Below are positions 58,979 to 64,000 of a DNA stretch of 64,000 nt, in pieces. Under the pieces are notes generated by a model. The model had not been told where the DNA came from, did not search any database, and saw only the letters and a list, made by a program, of their open reading frames with translations. Every line of letters starts with the position of its first letter. Positions within the stretch are counted from its first letter, which is position 1. The DNA comes from Vezdaea acicularis (Eukaryota), in assembly GCA_026025075.1 (NCBI GenBank), contig JAPEUI010000014.1:124001-188000 (forward strand). The letters run 5' to 3'. A program made the position numbers and the translations under genes.

Positions 58979-60706
58979 ATGGAATTTACGCAGACCTTCA
59001 AATGTGAGTATCATTGCCATTAACACATGGGTAATGAAGCTTGGCCTCTAACTTGGTGCATACAGCTTCTTCTTTCTCTCTTCCTTCGCCCGATGGCCGA
59101 ATTATAGCAACAATAGCACCGCCAAAGCTCGTTCTCCGTTCTGCTTCGTCCCTTGAGATCATCCGTACCATAGATATAGGTTTAGACTTTGCTTCCCGCA
59201 TCAACTTCCTAAGATGGTTCGTTAGCGCCAAGAGGGATAGTCAACCCTCCAATCTCTCTGATGGTACCTTGCGCACGACGGATTTGGCTTTGAGGGTGCT
59301 TGTAGCAGATGAGGATACGGTCAAAGTATGGGATGTATACAGTCCGAACTTTAAAGCTACAATCGAGGGTGCAAGTAGTGGTATTGGTAAAGTTGCAAAT
59401 GTTGAATTTGGCCAGTCTGCGGACGAGATACTTGTGTTCTCAGAATGCAATGTCAAGTTGATCGTATGGTCATTAAGTACAGGCAGGAGCATTCAGATAC
59501 GGGATCCAAAGTTCAGTACAAAGGGTTTCGGATACCGACCGCGAACGGGTCATCTGGCTTTACTGACACGGCCTGCGTCTCATGATATCGTCACCGTTCA
59601 CAAACCTAGAACCTATGAGGTTATTAACTCTATCGCAACACCTACCCTTGATGCCCAAGGCCTTAGATGGAGCCCTGATGGCCGTTGGTTTGCAGTCATC
59701 GAGTCTGCATCGAGCGGGTATAAGGCGTCAATTTACACAGCAGATGGGAACCTATATAAGTCATACTCGGGTGCACAGAATGAGGGTCCCAAGGGTCTGG
59801 GCATTAGAATCATGGAATGGTGCCCAACTGGGAAAAGCCTAGCCATCGGAGACTATGATTCAAAAATAACTTTCTTGAATAACAAGACAGTAAGTGTTCT
59901 CTGCTTGTGAGCGGGCGACTTGATCTAATGGTAAGTAGTTTGCCCCTACTATGACGCTCGGCCATCCCACAACTCTGAAGCTTCCCCGAACCTGTATCTA
60001 CCAGGAACAAGTCGACAGCAATGGCCGTCATACATACGCCAAAGCTACTCAAGACCTGAGCCCGCCGTTGAGCAGCGCTTCCTCAAGCCCTGATAACCAG
60101 TTTCTCGGCATATCGCACCTCGCCTTTTCCGCGAAAGGAGACTACTTGGCTTCTATCAACGCCCAGACTAACACCACAGTTTGGCTATGGTCACTTATAA
60201 GGCCGTCACCTGTGGCAGTTCTCGTCCATCATTGTCCTGTGAAGAATGTCTTCTGGCACCCCACAGTCCCCGATCTGCTACTTGTTCAATGCACCGCCGA
60301 CGAACCACTCATCTATCTTTGGCAACCATCATGGGCTGAGCCGCGAGTAGTTTGTGTGCCTATTCCCAAACCGATTGCAGGTAAACACCAAGTGTCTTGG
60401 ATATATAGCTCGGCCTCTATGTCCAAGCCACTTGACTTCGACTCTGAACCTGCGCCACTTGAGGAGATGACATCGCAGGCGAGATACCCAATGGCCATGT
60501 ACGGCGATACGCAAAAGTTTGTTGTGGGCTATGTGGTGGATGAAGAAGGGCGGTGGCAGGACGATCTGGCTTCTGCACTAGGCAGAAAAGAGGAGGATGT
60601 ATTTGAGGCAGATGAGGAATTGAGTGAGAAGGTTGAGGCAAGCTGGGTGGAAGATCAGGTGGACGACACTTTCCGCTATCGTCATCGGATCCCTGTATCC
60701 TCCTGA
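58979..60706 (+). CDS. WDR8: WD40 protein WRAP73/Wdr8 homolog (spindle pole body/MTOC)
   Basis: Exon 1 MEFTQTFK joins across intron about 59004-59064 to SSSFSLPSPDG, then DEILVFSE..VKLIVWSL, I..PKF, DAQGLRWSPDGRW, IYTADG, LGIR..EWCPTG..LAIGDYD. Second intron about 59890-59938. Confidence 0.8.
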
Positions 60707-60863
60707 AATCCGGTTGTGACTAAGAAACTTGGCGTATTTGATATAGATTTTCGCTTCACAGCCTAGGCATTTTGAGCAGTAGTTTGGATATTGAAAGAAT
60801 TAATTATGTTCATGTTCGTGCGCTAAATGCATCAAAATCTACCCATGCTACATGCAACAAAGA

Positions 60864-63800
60864 CTATAGCTCCTCGTGCCTTCCCTTCTCCTTTTCTTTC
60901 GCTGCTTCTTCAGCTTTCACCTTCTCCAGTGCTTCCATAATCTGTTCTTGGGTCGGCACTTCGCCTGGCTTGAAATTCAAGTACGGAGCGTCTTTTGCCT
61001 CTTTTGCCATCTTCTCGGCCCAATTCGACTCGCCACCTTTGGAACCCTCTTCGGCCGTCGGCTTTGATGTCGGCTTTGATGTCGGCTTTGAAGTTGACTT
61101 CTTGCTTTTCGCTTTCTTAGGTCTCGGTGAACCCTTGGGTTTCTTGGGTTTTGGGCCCCCTTTAGTTTTTCTCGAAACCAGGTCGATGGCAACAGCATTT
61201 AGTTCTTTCGCCTTGGTCTCGATCTCACGTACAAGGAGTACTGGGTCCTCAAAAGCAGAGAGCTTTTCCTGCGCGGTTTCTTTCTCGCTTAGCCAAGCTT
61301 GAATTCGCTCGTATAGCTCTGTGATAGCCGTGACGTCCTCCTGCGTGAACGGGGGGATTTCTGGAGCTTTGGACGGCTTCGCTGGCTCTATTGTGCTGCC
61401 TGAAGTGGGGTCCTCTAACTCTGCAAACTCGTCCACCTCGTCTGAAGCGGACGAGGATGTAGCAGTAGCGACCGTTGAGGGCTCAGCAGCAAGGGATGAA
61501 GATAGTGACGCCGCCTGCTCAACCTGGGCCTTGATTACATCAATGAGGCTCTTTGTTTGGTCAAGAGCCTCCTGTAAGAGTTTTATTTGTCCTGGCCGCT
61601 TGATTGTCTCTTGCTGCCGGCTCTCTACTGGAGTGATGATAGCTTGTAGCTCTTCCAATTTTGTTTTCAGTTCCTCCCTATTTGCGTCGGCGCCAGCACC
61701 GTAAAGCCAATCACTCATTCCGCTTAGAAGGGAGTTCAATCGCGTCCGCTCATCTTCTGTTGAAGCCTTTACAAACGATTCGGTGTCTACAGTGTCGCGA
61801 TACCGATAGATATAACCCTCTAGGGAGTTCCGTGTGTCCTCTCGTAGGGCGCGCGACCTATCTGATTCATCGAGAGCAGCTAGGCGGTCTTTCATGCGCT
61901 GAAGAGCTCCCGGGGAAGGAACTTCGAGACCCTCAGCAATGGTAGTGAAGTCGATGTAAATGATCTCTCTCCGCTTCTTACCCTCTTTCGATTTCTTACT
62001 AGCGGCACTGGGCGAAGCAGTAACTTCAGTGGTCGTGCTGGAAGCTATTGACGTGGAGGTTGAAGCCTCAGCTTCCTCCACTGAGATTGATGCTGCTTCT
62101 TCCACTTCTTCCCCGTTCTCCAAGGGTTCTTGTGCTGACTTCCTTGATCCGAAACCAAAGAATCCCTTTACCTCATCGACAACGCCTCCTTTTTTGTCCA
62201 CGTCCGCGACAACATCGCAGCTGACGCTCCCACGGATAACTTCGGGTAGACCATCCATGGGGCTAAGCCGGATTGTGAACTCGGTAGAGATATTCGCAGG
62301 TAAACAGCCATATTTCTCAGTTAGCTGCGCTACGGAGGCACTAAGATTTTTTGTCTCGACCCTAGCTATTGGTATCTCTACTTGTATAGTGCCCGTGCCT
62401 TCGCTTTGCGTACTTCTGGTGTTTTTGTTAATCTGACCGTTAAGACTCTCAGACACGTAGATATCCTGTTTGAAACTAATCGAAAAATCCTCTTTGTGCT
62501 TGATTGAGACCGACTTTACTGTGCCCAGCAGCGACGTGGGGGTGAACAACTTCTGCGGCTTCTTGTCCCATTGTGCCTTTACTGCAAACCCTGCAGCCTC
62601 TCCAATTCTGATATCTTTGACTCTAAAGCTTGGGCTTAAGCTCGCACCCTGAAAAGCCGCACCAAACACTGCTGCTTCATCAGCGTTGACATTACTCCGG
62701 ATTTTTGCTGAGCCAGCTAGAGCCTCCAGCTTTTTCTGAACGAACGGCGTCCGTGCTGCTCCACCGTGAAGGATTATCGAGTCCAGATCCTCGATAGTAA
62801 GCTTGGCGGCATCCAAGGCATCCTCCACAGGTGCTGTGACCCTGTCGACGTATGAAGCTGTGAGTTTTTCGAACTTAGCCCGGTTGACTTTATACCTGAA
62901 GTCGAGATCCTCGAACAAACTTTCGAAGCTCGCTACAGTTTCGGAGTTTGCGCTAAGGACCTGCCGCACTCTCTCTGCCTCCTTCCACAATTTAGCGGAT
63001 GAGCGGCCATTCCTCTTGACCATTGTTGTGCCGTCCTTCCCGAGGTCAAGCGCTTTGAATTTAGGTGATGCCACAAAGCCAAGGATTATGTCGTCGATGA
63101 GTACCCCATTGAGCGCGTCGCCTCCCAATGTCTGATCCCACCCAGTGCCAAGCACGCTGACTTCCTGAATGGTTTTGTTGAACCGACCTACGTCTTTTAC
63201 AGTCTTCCCCTGAAACCTAAGCACTGTTGCTGTTGTAGACCCCGCCCCCATATCGAAAACAAGATGGTATTCCGGCTTTCCTCCTTCCGCGGGGTTGGGG
63301 AATGTTCTTGACGTCGCATAGTTGATACCAACAGCAAGCCCATCCGAGACTAGAGAGAGTGTTCTAAGACCGGCCAAGTCCGCAGCAAGCTCCACCGCAC
63401 GCCTCTCATCAGACGTGAAGAACGCTGGCACGGTTACTACTGCATCGCTTATGGAACTTCCTCCAGCCATTGCTTCTGCATTGGCTTTAATACTCTTTAG
63501 TTCCATAGCTAGTAATTCTTCAACAGAAAAAGCTTCCTGCTGTTCACTAAATGCCTGGCTCTTAAAACCTATCGTAGCTCGTTCCTCACCGATAGTCGTT
63601 TCTAATGCAGGGTGCCGCAGCTTATATTCGTCGATAATGTCTCGTCCTCCTAACAAATCTGTCCTCCGCTTTCCTAATAGTGGCTTAAGGTTTGGGTAAA
63701 CATCGGCGGGAAACCGCGCCGCAAGAGCGAGAGCGTCGGAGCCATAGACTCGTTCGGGAAAAGATGTCGAGCCAGGCTTGGCGTTATTCGAAGGCTTGAA

Positions 63801-64000
63801 AGCAACGGCGGAAGCCTCTTTACGCTTCGAATCTTTGGTAAGAACAATCTCGAGGGGTATCCCTGGTTTGACGAGGGCTGCTTTTATATATTCAGTGCCT
63901 AGGTCAATCCCGAGGACAGCGGAGACTGCAGAGGTCGTTGTAGCGAAGAATACTAGGACACAAAAAGCCAGTGACAAGGTGTAGAGCGATCTTCGTCGGC
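60864..64000 (-). CDS. LHS1: ER lumenal Hsp70-family nucleotide exchange factor Lhs1/HYOU1; the start probably lies just beyond the window
   Basis: Signal peptide, VLGIDLGTEYIKAALVKPGIPLEIVLTKDSKRKE, FDMGAGSTTAT, ILHGGAARTPFVQ, VNADEAAVFGA and C-terminal HEEL retention signal. The frame is open to the window edge with no ATG before the signal peptide. Confidence 0.95.
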   Translation of the reverse strand, partial: RRRSLYTLSLAFCVLVFFATTTSAVSAVLGIDLGTEYIKAALVKPGIPLEIVLTKDSKRKEASAVAFKPSNNAKPGSTSFPERVYGSDALALAARFPADVYPNLKPLLGKRRTDLLGGRDIIDEYKLRHPALETTIGEERATIGFKSQAFSEQQEAFSVEELLAMELKSIKANAEAMAGGSSISDAVVTVPAFFTSDERRAVELAADLAGLRTLSLVSDGLAVGINYATSRTFPNPAEGGKPEYHLVFDMGAGSTTATVLRFQGKTVKDVGRFNKTIQEVSVLGTGWDQTLGGDALNGVLIDDIILGFVASPKFKALDLGKDGTTMVKRNGRSSAKLWKEAERVRQVLSANSETVASFESLFEDLDFRYKVNRAKFEKLTASYVDRVTAPVEDALDAAKLTIEDLDSIILHGGAARTPFVQKKLEALAGSAKIRSNVNADEAAVFGAAFQGASLSPSFRVKDIRIGEAAGFAVKAQWDKKPQKLFTPTSLLGTVKSVSIKHKEDFSISFKQDIYVSESLNGQINKNTRSTQSEGTGTIQVEIPIARVETKNLSASVAQLTEKYGCLPANISTEFTIRLSPMDGLPEVIRGSVSCDVVADVDKKGGVVDEVKGFFGFGSRKSAQEPLENGEEVEEAASISVEEAEASTSTSIASSTTTEVTASPSAASKKSKEGKKRREIIYIDFTTIAEGLEVPSPGALQRMKDRLAALDESDRSRALREDTRNSLEGYIYRYRDTVDTESFVKASTEDERTRLNSLLSGMSDWLYGAGADANREELKTKLEELQAIITPVESRQQETIKRPGQIKLLQEALDQTKSLIDVIKAQVEQAASLSSSLAAEPSTVATATSSSASDEVDEFAELEDPTSGSTIEPAKPSKAPEIPPFTQEDVTAITELYERIQAWLSEKETAQEKLSAFEDPVLLVREIETKAKELNAVAIDLVSRKTKGGPKPKKPKGSPRPKKAKSKKSTSKPTSKPTSKPTAEEGSKGGESNWAEKMAKEAKDAPYLNFKPGEVPTQEQIMEALEKVKAEEAAKEKEKGRHEEL

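Noticed and set aside
1..64000. CRISPR arrays, transposons, secondary-metabolite cluster, telomerase/snRNA/tRNA/rRNA genes
   Set aside because: By eye I found no repeat-spacer periodicity, transposase/RT motifs, LTR/TIR pairs, PKS/NRPS domains or diagnostic RNA motifs. Weak ncRNAs could still be missed without covariance-model searches.

Overview
This is eukaryotic, intron-containing DNA from a filamentous ascomycete (Pezizomycotina-type GT..CTRAC..YAG introns, mostly about 50-70 nt). It is a gene-dense housekeeping region with about 20 protein-coding genes: GAD 3' end, adenine deaminase, a Zn2Cys6 transcription factor behind a ~6 kb gene-free region, a conserved hypothetical protein, RSE1/SF3B3, MSS51, a P-loop sulfotransferase-like gene, ATG27, HSP104, RDH54, a ~1950-aa DH/PH-like protein, an EBP sterol isomerase, a small spliced Cys/His-rich orphan, NRDE2, UTP10, a DENN-like gene, a PPR protein, a histidine acid phosphatase, WDR8/WRAP73 and LHS1. 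I found no transposon, CRISPR array, tRNA or rRNA. The best-supported hidden element is a box C/D snoRNA in an oversized RSE1 intron, whose guide is complementary to the 18S rRNA Am541 site (snR41/SNORD62-type). Other leads are a phased heat-shock-element array upstream of HSP104, a 381-nt intron with a stop-generating cryptic acceptor, a candidate 3'-UTR intron behind NRDE2, and an intron-spanning uORF before the transcription factor. Protein family assignments come from recalled motifs, not database searches, and exon boundaries were read by hand.
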